Made by a program: the position numbers and the translations under genes. Positions 38,632 through 48,774 of a stretch of 64,000 bases of DNA are shown here, piece after piece. Where the stretch lies: IMG/VR virus record IMGVR_UViG_3300020187_003193; one strand, written 5' to 3'. This stretch comes from a virus. Position 1 is the first letter of the stretch. The number at the start of each line of letters is the position of its first letter. The notes beneath the pieces were generated by a model, which did no database searches, was not told the origin of the DNA, and was given only the letters and a program-made list of their open reading frames with translations.

Positions 38632-38832
38632 ATGGCAATCTTAGGAACAGAATTAAATTCTAGTTTAAGTAAAGGTGGAAAAACAGAAAACACCCTTAGT
38701 GCTCAAAAAGAATCTCAATTGCACAACTTGGCTTCTTTAACAGGAAAAGGTTTATCCCCTACTAAAGTACCTTCACAATTAGATTTAGACGGAGTTACAC
38801 CTGCAAAGTACGTAGACAACAAACCACAATAA
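38632..38832 (+). CDS. Small tail-associated hypothetical protein
   Basis: 66 aa, preceded by ATATTTAT, ending SQLDLDGVTPAKYVDNKP. Confidence 0.55.
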   Translation: MAILGTELNSSLSKGGKTENTLSAQKESQLHNLASLTGKGLSPTKVPSQLDLDGVTPAKYVDNKPQ

Positions 38833-40665
38833 ATGGCACTAAAAGATCTATACAACGATCCAGCTAGCTTCAAATATAATTCTAAAGACAATAAGTACAG
38901 TAAGGATATTAGAGGTGGGGGATATTCAGGACAACCTTGGCAAAAGGTAAGCGCTCCTGAAACAATCGACCAGCTTAATTCTTTAACTACTGAAGCACTT
39001 AGTTTGGATTATCCTATACGTGGTGGTTCCTATGAGGAACTAGCTGCAAGGAAAGACTTTGCTCGTATAGATGCTTTTTTACTATCTTACCCACAAGGTA
39101 AAGCCTTTTTAGATAAACAAAAAGGTTTAATGTTTTCAAACCCACTTATGGAAAGTGGAAGATCAGGAGGTGACGTAAACACTAGATTATATAGTGATGG
39201 GCGTAACTTAATGACCCAAATAGCAGAGGGTGGAACGGGCTTCCGTCATCCTAATGCTGGTAGAACATTAAACGATTTAGAGTTTGTAGAAAGAAAATAT
39301 GAATACGTTGTTTCTCATAAAGCTACACAACAAAATAGACTAGTTAATTTACTTAATATAAAAATTAACAACGAATCTCCTGGAGATTTATTATTCTCTA
39401 ATGAAGCTTCTAAACTAGGAATAAACACAGTAGATCAAGGTGAATTATTCTTCTATTCAGGGGGCCCAGGTTCACTATATGGTCTAGGACAAACTATAAT
39501 TAGAAGAGCAAGGGATTCTAAAGGTGTTCCTATTATAACAAGTAATGCTCCCTCATATATAGGTCCTAATTATAAAAGTGGACTTTATAGTTCACAAGTA
39601 CAGGCTAGACCTGCTACTACCATAGATTATGAGTTATTATTAGGTCCTTCTAAAATATTCAATTTTACTTCAGAAGAAACCGGTCTTACAGAAAATAATT
39701 CCTCTACTTTATCACAACAATCTGATGCTTCTTTTATAAGAGCAAATAAGTCACCTAATCCTGACGTTACCCCTAACTTTCAATATGCAATGGGGTACGA
39801 TAGTATTAGAAGTAGACAACAGATAAAACCTGGCTTTACAGGTATTACAGATTTTAGAAAAGACGTTATTAATCCCTCTAGTGTTCAAAAACGTGATTAC
39901 TCTAATTCTAGTATAAACAAAACAACTCGTGTTGGTATAGGTAATCCGGGAGCACGAAAAGATAGAACAGACACAAGTACACCTTTTGTAGATGGCCAAG
40001 ATAAAGTGAATATGTACAATATTCAAACTTTAACAGACCCTAAAGGTATTGGAGGTTTTTCTAAAGTAAACGAAAATAGAGATTTAATTAAATTTGTATT
40101 CGAAACAGTAGACAACGATAATCCATCTAATAGTGATGCTATGTTCTTCAGAGCATTTTTAACAGGATATTCAGATAACCATAGTGCAGATTGGCAATCT
40201 AAAAGATATGCAGGTAGAGGAGAAAATTTTTACACATATCAGGGATTTGATAGAAGTGTTAGCTTTAATTTTAAAGTAGCTGCTCAATCAAAACAAGAGA
40301 TGAAATATCTTTACCGTAAACTAAACTCATTACTATCCTCACTATACCCAGACTATAATAGTGCTGGATTTATGAGAGGAAACATAACTAAACTAACATT
40401 AGGGGATTTATTTGTTAGAACTCCCGGTATATTAACATCATTAAACCTAACAGTTGATGACCAGTATGCTTGGGAAATAGCAATGAACGAACCCGAAGGT
40501 GGTAGCGATAAGGATATGTTAGAAACCCCACAAATTATAGATGTCGCGGTTTCTTTCAAACCAATCTTAAACACTTTACCTAGAAAAGGTAAAGATGCTG
40601 CTATTTTATTAACAGCAGGTGAAAGTGTTGGTTCAATTGCTTATTCCTGGTTAAATGCACAATAA
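38833..40665 (+). CDS. Baseplate/tail-tube initiator-like protein
   Basis: 610 aa. C-terminal FRAFLTGYSDN...W...YAGRGENFYTYQGFDRSVSFNFKV...LTLGDL...PGILTSL is a tube-initiator-like fold. Confidence 0.6.
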   Translation: MALKDLYNDPASFKYNSKDNKYSKDIRGGGYSGQPWQKVSAPETIDQLNSLTTEALSLDYPIRGGSYEELAARKDFARIDAFLLSYPQGKAFLDKQKGLMFSNPLMESGRSGGDVNTRLYSDGRNLMTQIAEGGTGFRHPNAGRTLNDLEFVERKYEYVVSHKATQQNRLVNLLNIKINNESPGDLLFSNEASKLGINTVDQGELFFYSGGPGSLYGLGQTIIRRARDSKGVPIITSNAPSYIGPNYKSGLYSSQVQARPATTIDYELLLGPSKIFNFTSEETGLTENNSSTLSQQSDASFIRANKSPNPDVTPNFQYAMGYDSIRSRQQIKPGFTGITDFRKDVINPSSVQKRDYSNSSINKTTRVGIGNPGARKDRTDTSTPFVDGQDKVNMYNIQTLTDPKGIGGFSKVNENRDLIKFVFETVDNDNPSNSDAMFFRAFLTGYSDNHSADWQSKRYAGRGENFYTYQGFDRSVSFNFKVAAQSKQEMKYLYRKLNSLLSSLYPDYNSAGFMRGNITKLTLGDLFVRTPGILTSLNLTVDDQYAWEIAMNEPEGGSDKDMLETPQIIDVAVSFKPILNTLPRKGKDAAILLTAGESVGSIAYSWLNAQ

Positions 40666-40970
40666 TGGCTAGACGTTACGAAAACATATCATTAGAAAAA
40701 ACTTTAAGTGGTAAAGTTGGATATTCTCCAACTCGTTACCCTTTAATTGCCCCTTCAAATGAAGATACGTATATTGTATCAAGAGCTGAAGACCGATTAG
40801 ATCTAATAGCATCAGATTTTTATGGAGATCCTACACTATGGTGGATTATTGCTATGGTTAATGATTTACCTGGTGATTCAATGTATGCTCCTATGGGATT
40901 CCAATTAAGAATACCTGGAAATTTAAATGATGCTCTAAATGCTTATGATAAAGCGAATACTACAATATAA
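40665..40970 (+). CDS. LysM/tail-X-like baseplate protein (gp53-like)
   Basis: DRLDLIASDFYGDPTLWWIIAMVN...G.QLRIP. Confidence 0.8.
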   Translation: MARRYENISLEKTLSGKVGYSPTRYPLIAPSNEDTYIVSRAEDRLDLIASDFYGDPTLWWIIAMVNDLPGDSMYAPMGFQLRIPGNLNDALNAYDKANTTI

Positions 40971-40975
40971 ATGTT

Positions 40976-43900
40976 ATGGCAAATTATAAAAATATCGTTG
41001 GTACACCTCCACTGGATTATGTTCAAACCCAAATTAATAAAAGGGTTGAACTAGTTAATAAAAAGTCCCGTAGTTCAGAAGACTTACAATACTTAACTAA
41101 TAGAAATAGTTGGTTTAGATTAAGTTCAGGAGCTATAATCTCCCCACTACCTCCAGAGCAGTTAATAGTTAAAGATTTAGCTCAAAATGATATTAATTTA
41201 CAAATTTCCCAAAATAAAATAGATTCTACTTTTGTTACAGACCTTGCCCAAACTAATATATTGCAAGGAGGAACAATAAGTTCAGGAGGAAATAAAACTG
41301 TAATAAAAAAAGGCTTTACAGAAACATATACCCAAGGTGCTACGGATCAATTAGGCCTTAAACCAATGCCTGGTATTACTAATATAAGTGTAGGTACAGG
41401 AGGTAAATGGCAAACCTTAATGCAAGCCGAAGTTGAATTTATATGTTATGATTTAGATCAATTAGATTTAATGACTAAACTTTATATGAGTTTAGGAGTA
41501 ACAGTATTTTTAGAATGGGGACATACACCTTATTTAGATAATGAAGGAAAACTACAATCAAATACTCGTCCTCTAGATTTCTTTTCCCCTGATTTTAATA
41601 CAAAAGAAAAACTACTAGCAGAAATTACAAAAAAACGAGAAAACACCTCAGGAAATTACGATGGAGTTTTAGGTACAGTTTACAACTTTAGTTGGTCAGC
41701 AAATAACGACGGATCCTATAACTGTAAAACCCAAATAATGGGCCCTGGAGGAATGGTTGAATCTCTTAGGATTAACACTTCCAACAACGTTGACTTTGAT
41801 GATGAAGTAGAAGATGAAGCAGAAAAATATTCTTCTGTTTTAGAAAATGCTCTATTTTCTATTAAAAAATATTTAAATAAAAATGCTGGGGTATCTACAT
41901 CAAAACAAATTTACTCAAATGGTACAGGAACTACTAGTAAAAAGTTAGTTTTTAAATCTTTTAAAAAACTAAAAATAGATACTCCAAGTAGACTTAAAAA
42001 ATCTACTACATACGGGGATTTTCTCAACACTATATATTCTCAAGCTACTTATAAAGGACCAACTTTTAAGAACAACGAAGTAGTTTATTCTAATGAAATA
42101 TCAAAATATGGTAATGCTTGGCAAAAAATAGCTAATATCACAGACAAATCCCCAGGCTTATCTCCCGATTTCTATTCAGGATATTTAGGATATTTTAAAA
42201 GCTATGAAGATGACAAATCATTAACAACACCCTATATTACATTTGGTCATTTATTATCTTTAGTTCAACATTTAGGAGTGTTTGCCGAAGGAAATGAAGC
42301 ATCTGCAGATTCCACTACTTTTAAACCAGTAGTTTATATAGATTATAACCCCGAAAATACAATAATATTAAGAGGAGCTTTAGAAGCAAGTATAGACCCT
42401 ACTACTTGTATGGTACCTTGGTTTGTAAAAGGAAGTATAGTAAATGGTAAAAAAAGCCAAACACTAAAACCCTTCTTTGCACCCTTAGATGTAACTACTA
42501 TTTCAGGTTATAGTTGGGTAGGTAGTTCTAAAAAAGATGGAAATCTTATAAAGAATTTCTTAGCATATCCTAAAAATAATGCTATAAACGATGTTATAGA
42601 AAGTAAAAGTTTTGAAGGAAAAATATTTAACGTTTTAGTTAATATAGATTTTGCTTTAAAAAAATTAAAAGAATTATCTACAGGAGCTGATGATAGAAGT
42701 GTTAGTTTAATTTCATTTATAGACGCAATGTTAGATGGAATAAACTTAAGCTTAGGAAAATCCAATAGTTTTAGAGCATTTGCAGATCCCTTATACCCTG
42801 TTATTAGAATAATAGATGAAAATGTAATTGAAACCCCTGAAAAAACAATAGAAATTCCTATCTATGGTACTAAATCTATAGTTTATGATTATGGTTTTAG
42901 TTCTAAAATAACTCCTAAATTAGCCTCTCAAGTAGTAATTGCTACACAAGGTTTACAAAACGGAGGTATTAAAGGATTTCCTGACGATGTTTTATCTTAC
43001 CAAAAACTAAACAATGACGTTAGGGATAGATTTTCTAAAGTTAAATTCCCTGCCGTAAAAGCAACAAATTTTACTAATGGGTCAACTACAGAAAAACGAG
43101 ATTTAAAAAGTCTACAAAAATTATATGATCATATATATAATGTTTATTCTATTAGTGAAGATAAATCCTTATCCTCATCAACAATCTCTAACCTAACAAC
43201 AGCCTACTCAGATTTACAAAATAAACAACGTAAATTAACCAAAGAAACAAATACAGGAGGAATATTATTACCCCTAGAATATGATCTAACATTAGATGGC
43301 ATATCAGGAATACTACCTTATAATGCTTTTAAAGTTCCAGATAATCGTTTACCTAAAAAATATAGGGGTAGAGTAGCATTTGCTATTTTTTCTATTAATC
43401 ATGGTTTTTCTAACAACCAATGGACTACAACTTTAAGAGGTCAAACTTTATTATTAGATCAAACATCTATAACTGATACTCGAAAAGTGGGAACCACCCC
43501 AGAATCCCCATCAACTATAATTAATGTAGATCCTCAACAATCCGAAGCTATAAATTCTACATATCCTGGAGTAGTAAATACTACAGCATTCGAATTAACT
43601 CAAACACCAAATCCTAGTGCTGTAGGCACAGCAGCAGATTTAGCTCAACCACAAAATACTCAAACAAGTACTATTAATCCAACTACTAATGTTACCCCAA
43701 TATCTACTGCTCAAGAAAACGACCTACCAGCAATCTTAAACTTTATTAAATTGGAGGAAGGATTTGAAACTCATCCATACGATGATAGAGGTAGTTTAAG
43801 AATAGGGTACGGTAGTGATACAATTACTAGAACAAATGGTAACATTGAGACATTAAAAGCTAGTAGTGTTGTAAATGAAAATGAAGCTATTTTAGATTTA

Positions 43901-44167
43901 CAAAGAAGGATAACACAAGAATTCAGACCTAAAGTTCAGGTTCGTTGTAGAGAACTAGGTGTTGACTATAACCAATTACCACTTAAAGTTAAAGTTGTAT
44001 TTGTAGATTGTGCTTACAATTATGGATCCCTTTGGTATGATATAATTAGATCGTATATTAATGGAGGCGTAGATGGTTTAATAGCAGAATTACAAGCAAG
44101 AATTAATAGAGGAGCAAGTCAAGTTCCATCACGTAGAGCAGCAGAAATTAAATATTTACAAGGATAA
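40976..44167 (+). CDS. Baseplate hub protein with a C-terminal GH24/T4-lysozyme-like domain
   Basis: N-terminal hub-like region (PMPGITNISV, FLEWGH, NYDGVLG.VYNFSW), a Pro/Thr/Gln-rich linker, then FIKLEEGF...PYDD...IGYG...YNYG. Confidence 0.7.
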   Translation: MANYKNIVGTPPLDYVQTQINKRVELVNKKSRSSEDLQYLTNRNSWFRLSSGAIISPLPPEQLIVKDLAQNDINLQISQNKIDSTFVTDLAQTNILQGGTISSGGNKTVIKKGFTETYTQGATDQLGLKPMPGITNISVGTGGKWQTLMQAEVEFICYDLDQLDLMTKLYMSLGVTVFLEWGHTPYLDNEGKLQSNTRPLDFFSPDFNTKEKLLAEITKKRENTSGNYDGVLGTVYNFSWSANNDGSYNCKTQIMGPGGMVESLRINTSNNVDFDDEVEDEAEKYSSVLENALFSIKKYLNKNAGVSTSKQIYSNGTGTTSKKLVFKSFKKLKIDTPSRLKKSTTYGDFLNTIYSQATYKGPTFKNNEVVYSNEISKYGNAWQKIANITDKSPGLSPDFYSGYLGYFKSYEDDKSLTTPYITFGHLLSLVQHLGVFAEGNEASADSTTFKPVVYIDYNPENTIILRGALEASIDPTTCMVPWFVKGSIVNGKKSQTLKPFFAPLDVTTISGYSWVGSSKKDGNLIKNFLAYPKNNAINDVIESKSFEGKIFNVLVNIDFALKKLKELSTGADDRSVSLISFIDAMLDGINLSLGKSNSFRAFADPLYPVIRIIDENVIETPEKTIEIPIYGTKSIVYDYGFSSKITPKLASQVVIATQGLQNGGIKGFPDDVLSYQKLNNDVRDRFSKVKFPAVKATNFTNGSTTEKRDLKSLQKLYDHIYNVYSISEDKSLSSSTISNLTTAYSDLQNKQRKLTKETNTGGILLPLEYDLTLDGISGILPYNAFKVPDNRLPKKYRGRVAFAIFSINHGFSNNQWTTTLRGQTLLLDQTSITDTRKVGTTPESPSTIINVDPQQSEAINSTYPGVVNTTAFELTQTPNPSAVGTAADLAQPQNTQTSTINPTTNVTPISTAQENDLPAILNFIKLEEGFETHPYDDRGSLRIGYGSDTITRTNGNIETLKASSVVNENEAILDLQRRITQEFRPKVQVRCRELGVDYNQLPLKVKVVFVDCAYNYGSLWYDIIRSYINGGVDGLIAELQARINRGASQVPSRRAAEIKYLQG

Positions 44168-45018
44168 TGAGTTACTACCCTAAAAAAATGGTAAATGCCG
44201 GATTATATACTCAGGGTAATGAGTATGTAGATTCTGCTAATGGACAGCCTTATTCTGGTTTTTATCATCAATTATATGATGGACAAGTTTATAGTGGAAA
44301 AAACCCTAATGACCCTAATAGGAGACCATTAGAACCAAACCCTATAAACCAAAAACAAATTAACCAAGTATTACCTATACAAAATAACTTAGTATTTAAT
44401 AGAATAAACCCTTCAAATCAGGCCTTATATGAATATGGTAGAGATCCTGAACCTTATACAGTACAACCTACGGGCGAAGACTATAGAAGAGGACAAATAT
44501 TAAGATATTTTGCTAAAAGAAAAAACCAAAATCCTGTTCAAATTAGAGAAATTTCCGAATCTGCCTTTAAAGATATAACAAATCAAGGGGGTATCTATAA
44601 TTATGCTTTGTGGAGTGTAATTAGTGTATTTTGGAAAATAACAGGTCCCTTATATGATTCTAAAGACCAATACGGAGTATTGAGATCCGGTATTGTAAAT
44701 ACCAATGAACGTTTAAGAGAAAATGCTAACAAAGAATTTAGAGGAATAAAATCATATCTAGGAAACTTAATACAATATTCAGTTAAACCTGATATTACTC
44801 TTATAACAAACCAGTACACAGGAGGTAATGAATTTACTGTAAAACTAGATAATAGTGATTATACAGGTTATTATCACTTAATGGCAGATGGAACTATCAT
44901 GGATGGTGCTGATATGTCTCAAACAACCAACAAAACTCTCCTCCCAGGAAACGTACTAGTGCAAAATAGAATTACTACTTTATTAAAAGAAGAACTAGGC
45001 AAGTTAGGAGCAGCATAG
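44167..45018 (+). CDS. Hypothetical protein, probably baseplate-associated
   Basis: 283 aa with a duplicated YT.GNE...Y.G.YH...DG module at both ends. Last gene of the structural block. Confidence 0.5.
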   Translation: MSYYPKKMVNAGLYTQGNEYVDSANGQPYSGFYHQLYDGQVYSGKNPNDPNRRPLEPNPINQKQINQVLPIQNNLVFNRINPSNQALYEYGRDPEPYTVQPTGEDYRRGQILRYFAKRKNQNPVQIREISESAFKDITNQGGIYNYALWSVISVFWKITGPLYDSKDQYGVLRSGIVNTNERLRENANKEFRGIKSYLGNLIQYSVKPDITLITNQYTGGNEFTVKLDNSDYTGYYHLMADGTIMDGADMSQTTNKTLLPGNVLVQNRITTLLKEELGKLGAA

Positions 45019-45035
45019 AATAGGTTGTATATTTA
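45004..45035 (+). promoter_or_regulatory. Bacteroidota-type promoter opening the replication module
   Basis: TTAG-N20-TATATTTA, followed by AAAAAGGTTATG. Confidence 0.6.
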
Positions 45036-45053
45036 AGGAATAAGAAAAAGGTT

Positions 45054-46349
45054 ATGTTTTATATTGTCGAGACAAGACAACAATTGCGAAATTTATACTG
45101 TTCGGGAGACGAATGTTACGTTAATATTATTCCTTTGAATGATAATTACCATTCTTCGCTGTCTTCCCCTTCTCTTATATATTTCCGAACGCCCCAAGGC
45201 AAGGGCTATATATTTCCAATTGACCATAGTGAGGGATTTTCCCTAGAGTTAGACGAAGTTTTAGAGTGGATAAGTAAGTATAGCACGATTTACACATTAA
45301 ACAAAAAAGAATGCTTATATTATTTTCCCACATCCAAACTCGTTGACGTATCCTATGGAACCCTCCCAAATTGTAGTAATGTATTTCGCGATTGGTGTTA
45401 TAGCGTTTACCCTGCTAGACCTTACACTAATTCACTTATCCCAATCTCGAAACACTTCGAAGAACAAGAAAAAATCTTTGACGAAGTCAAGAATAAATTT
45501 GAAAGATCCTCAAATCAATTTTATAACGAGACATTCCCTCAAGTCTTCAAAGCAATAGAGGAAAAAGGTATACAAATTAATAAAGAATTATTTGACAAAC
45601 ACTTCAAATATCAGCATGAAGAATATTTCATCAAGGATAATAAAGTGTATACTAAATATAACTTATACAACTTAACCACACGTCCTACAAATTCATTTAA
45701 TGGTGTAAACTTTGCAGCATTAAATAAAAATGATGGTTCTAGGGCAGCATTTATACCAAGAAACGATTACTTCTTCGAATTCGATTACGATGCATACCAC
45801 GTACGTATCTTGGCGAAACTCATCGACTATCAACTCGATAATGAATCGGTACATACTCAACTGGGCCGTATGTATTTCCAAAAAGAAACGCTGACAGACG
45901 CAGAATATCAACAATCTAAGGAACTTACATTCAAACAATTATATGGAGGTGTATTTAAACAATATGTTGATATCCCATTCTTCAAATCGATGCAATCTTA
46001 TGTAGATTCGTTATGGAAAACATTTAACGAAACACAAGAACTCGAATTAATTGGAGGTAAAATTCTCAAAGCAGAACAAATTACAAATCCAACCCCAAAC
46101 AAAATACTCAACTACATAATCCAATCAGCGGAAACATATAATAACGTTGTATCTGTAAAAAAAGTCATAGAATATTTGGCTGATAAACAAAGTGATGTTA
46201 TATTATACACATATGATTCCTTCCTTATAGACTACGCGGTATCTGACGGGAAAGACACATTAAAACAAATCAAACAACTTTTAGAACATGACGGCTACGT
46301 AATCAAAGTAGAATATGGACTTGATTATGATTCTCTCAATAAAATTTAA
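45054..46349 (+). CDS. Compact, atypical family A DNA polymerase
   Basis: Motif A-like FEFDYDAYHVRIL, motif B-like SKELTFKQLYGG, NYIIQS, motif C-like LYTYDSFL and TTRPTN (TGRLSS equivalent). Only 431 aa. Confidence 0.75.
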   Translation: MFYIVETRQQLRNLYCSGDECYVNIIPLNDNYHSSLSSPSLIYFRTPQGKGYIFPIDHSEGFSLELDEVLEWISKYSTIYTLNKKECLYYFPTSKLVDVSYGTLPNCSNVFRDWCYSVYPARPYTNSLIPISKHFEEQEKIFDEVKNKFERSSNQFYNETFPQVFKAIEEKGIQINKELFDKHFKYQHEEYFIKDNKVYTKYNLYNLTTRPTNSFNGVNFAALNKNDGSRAAFIPRNDYFFEFDYDAYHVRILAKLIDYQLDNESVHTQLGRMYFQKETLTDAEYQQSKELTFKQLYGGVFKQYVDIPFFKSMQSYVDSLWKTFNETQELELIGGKILKAEQITNPTPNKILNYIIQSAETYNNVVSVKKVIEYLADKQSDVILYTYDSFLIDYAVSDGKDTLKQIKQLLEHDGYVIKVEYGLDYDSLNKI

Positions 46350-46354
46350 TATTT

Positions 46355-46774
46355 ATGGTAGATTACGAAATTAACTTTGACGACTTGGCAAACAAATTAT
46401 TTTGCACATTCACCTCTAAAGAGGACCTAGAATCCACCATAGACAATATCAAGGACCAGTATACTATCTTATTTAACAAGATATTTGTTCTTTATATTGA
46501 ATCTACAAACGAATATGTCTGCACATATAACGTTGATTCTTTTAACATTTCGAATACAATACTTCCCCAAACTATACTTTTACATAGAAAAAAGGAATCC
46601 AATACACTTTATACTATAAACGCACTAAACGATTTAATTAAAGAATTAAACGATGGTGTAGCAGATCCTAAGTTTAGAGTAAATTGGCAAGATTACCGTA
46701 ATTGTATCCTTCTAACTACCAGTGGTGAGTTAAAAAGACTAGATACAAAGATACACGAAATACTTTCTTTTTAG
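46355..46774 (+). CDS. Hypothetical protein between the polymerase and SSB genes
   Basis: 139 aa. NKLFCTF...LHRKKESNTLYTINALN. Confidence 0.6.
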   Translation: MVDYEINFDDLANKLFCTFTSKEDLESTIDNIKDQYTILFNKIFVLYIESTNEYVCTYNVDSFNISNTILPQTILLHRKKESNTLYTINALNDLIKELNDGVADPKFRVNWQDYRNCILLTTSGELKRLDTKIHEILSF

Positions 46775-46779
46775 AAATA

Positions 46780-46811
46780 TTTGGTTCCCCGAGGAACAAT
46801 CATTATATTAT
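46780..46811 (+). promoter_or_regulatory. Bacteroidota-type promoter
   Basis: TTTG-N20-TATATTAT, with a GTTCC/GGAAC inverted repeat in the spacer. Confidence 0.65.
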
Positions 46812-46841
46812 CAATCGTTATAAATTAAAACTCAATTAGTT

Positions 46842-47684
46842 ATGGATTTAAGTGTTATCTCAAGCAAGTTAGAACAACTTACAACACCAAAAGGCGGTGG
46901 TACCGGCCAAAAAACGGACCGATCTCAATTTTTTTGGAAAGCCCAATTAGGAAAACAACAAATTAGAGTTGTCCCTTCCGTACTAAACAAGGACAATCCT
47001 TTCCAAGAAGTATATTTCCACTATGGTATTGGAAATAGAACAATGATTTCACCAATCAACTTCGGTGAAAAAGACCCAATTGTAGAGTTCGCAAAAGAAC
47101 TCCGTAAAACATCTGAACCTGAAAACTGGAGGTTAGCTAAGAAATTAGAGCCTAAAATGAGAGTATTTGCTCCTGTTGTAGTTAGAGGTGAAGAAGAAAA
47201 AGGAGCTCGTTACTGGGAATTCGGAAAACAAATTTACCAAGAATTATTGTCATTAGCAAACGACGAAGATATCGGAGACTTTACAGATACTTCAAACGGA
47301 TTTGATATGACAGTAGAAGTAGTTCAAGGTAATCCTTACCCACAAACTTCAGTACGTGTAAAACCAAAACAAACACCATTATCAGATGATAATAATTTGG
47401 TAGATACATGGACTACTGAACAACCTGAATTGTTTAAATACTTTAAAAAGTATTCTTACGATGAAATGAAAGAAGCTTTAGCTGGTTTCTTAAATCCTGA
47501 AGATTCTCAAGAATCTACTCCATTAGACAATGTTAAACCAAGTAACGATGTTAATGATATCGTAAACGGTAACCCATTACCTAACGATGTAGAAGTAAAA
47601 GTAAAAGGTGAAAATTTCGGATTAAACGTTAAGAAGAAAGAAACAATCAGTGCCGACGAATTTGACGATTTGTTCGACAACTAA
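46842..47684 (+). CDS. Single-stranded DNA-binding protein (T4 gp32-like)
   Basis: FWK...QIRVVP, FQEVYFHY, EEEKGARYWEFGKQIY, DIGDFTD..NGFD and an acidic C-terminal tail (DEFDDLFDN). Confidence 0.85.
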   Translation: MDLSVISSKLEQLTTPKGGGTGQKTDRSQFFWKAQLGKQQIRVVPSVLNKDNPFQEVYFHYGIGNRTMISPINFGEKDPIVEFAKELRKTSEPENWRLAKKLEPKMRVFAPVVVRGEEEKGARYWEFGKQIYQELLSLANDEDIGDFTDTSNGFDMTVEVVQGNPYPQTSVRVKPKQTPLSDDNNLVDTWTTEQPELFKYFKKYSYDEMKEALAGFLNPEDSQESTPLDNVKPSNDVNDIVNGNPLPNDVEVKVKGENFGLNVKKKETISADEFDDLFDN

Positions 47685-47697
47685 ACAAAACTAAATT

Positions 47698-48774
47698 ATG
47701 GCTAAAAAAAGTACAAGCCTTGGGGGCGATATCTCCAAGTCTGTTAAAGGTACCTTCTCCCTTGATAAGTTCAAAGCTGCCAAGGGTTTAGGTTCCTCAA
47801 ACAACTCCTTTAAGGAGCAAGAATGGATTCCACTTTCACCGGCTTGGCAGGAAATGGTTTCATTACCTGGTATACCCCATGGGCATATTACATTATTAAG
47901 AGGCCACTCCGATTCAGGTAAAACAACTGCCCTATTAGAGGTAGCAGTTAATGCTCAAAAGATGGGAATCTTACCTGTATTCATTATTACCGAGATGAAA
48001 TGGTCTTGGGAACATGCCAAAATGATGGGACTTGAGTTTACTGAAGAAGTTACTAAAGATGGTCAAACTGTAATTGATGGTAACTTTATCTTTGCAGATA
48101 GAGGCCAATTAGGTACTGTAGAAGCAGTTGCTGGTTTTATGGCTGATTTAATGGACGAACAGAAAAAAGGTAATTTACCTATGGATATGGTATTCTTATG
48201 GGATTCAATTGGTTCTGTTCCATGCCAAATGTCAGTTGAAAAAGCTAAAAACAACAACGAGTGGAACGCAGGCGCGATGTCTACCCAATTTGGTAACTTT
48301 ATCAACCAAGAGATATTATTGTCTCGTAAAGAATCTTATCCACATACCAACTCATTTGTTGCTATCAATAAGATTTGGGTTGAAAAACCAATTGGTCCAA
48401 TGTCTCCTCCTATTATGAAAAATAAAGGTGGTAATACAATGTTCTTCGATTCAACTTTAATTGTAACTTTTGGTAACATTTCTAATTCAGGAACACTAAA
48501 AGTAAATGCTGTTAAAGATGGTAAGAAAGTAGAGTGGGCTAAAAAGGTAAAAGTAGCAGTAGAGAAAAACCACATCAATGGTATTACTTCCACTGGTAAA
48601 ATTGTAGTTACCCCACACGGATTCATTTCAGAGAACAAGAAAGATATGGATAACTATAAGAAAGCCCATCAAGATGAATGGGGTAAGATTTTAGGAGCAG
48701 GCCCATTCGAGGTTGTTACTGAAGGAAATGAAGATGAAGATTTTAGCAATTTAGTTTCTAACTTAGATGAATAA
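47698..48774 (+). CDS. uvsX: RecA/UvsX-like recombinase
   Basis: Walker A GHSDSGKTT, Walker B FLWDSIGS, and KGG..MFFDS. Confidence 0.85.
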   Translation: MAKKSTSLGGDISKSVKGTFSLDKFKAAKGLGSSNNSFKEQEWIPLSPAWQEMVSLPGIPHGHITLLRGHSDSGKTTALLEVAVNAQKMGILPVFIITEMKWSWEHAKMMGLEFTEEVTKDGQTVIDGNFIFADRGQLGTVEAVAGFMADLMDEQKKGNLPMDMVFLWDSIGSVPCQMSVEKAKNNNEWNAGAMSTQFGNFINQEILLSRKESYPHTNSFVAINKIWVEKPIGPMSPPIMKNKGGNTMFFDSTLIVTFGNISNSGTLKVNAVKDGKKVEWAKKVKVAVEKNHINGITSTGKIVVTPHGFISENKKDMDNYKKAHQDEWGKILGAGPFEVVTEGNEDEDFSNLVSNLDE

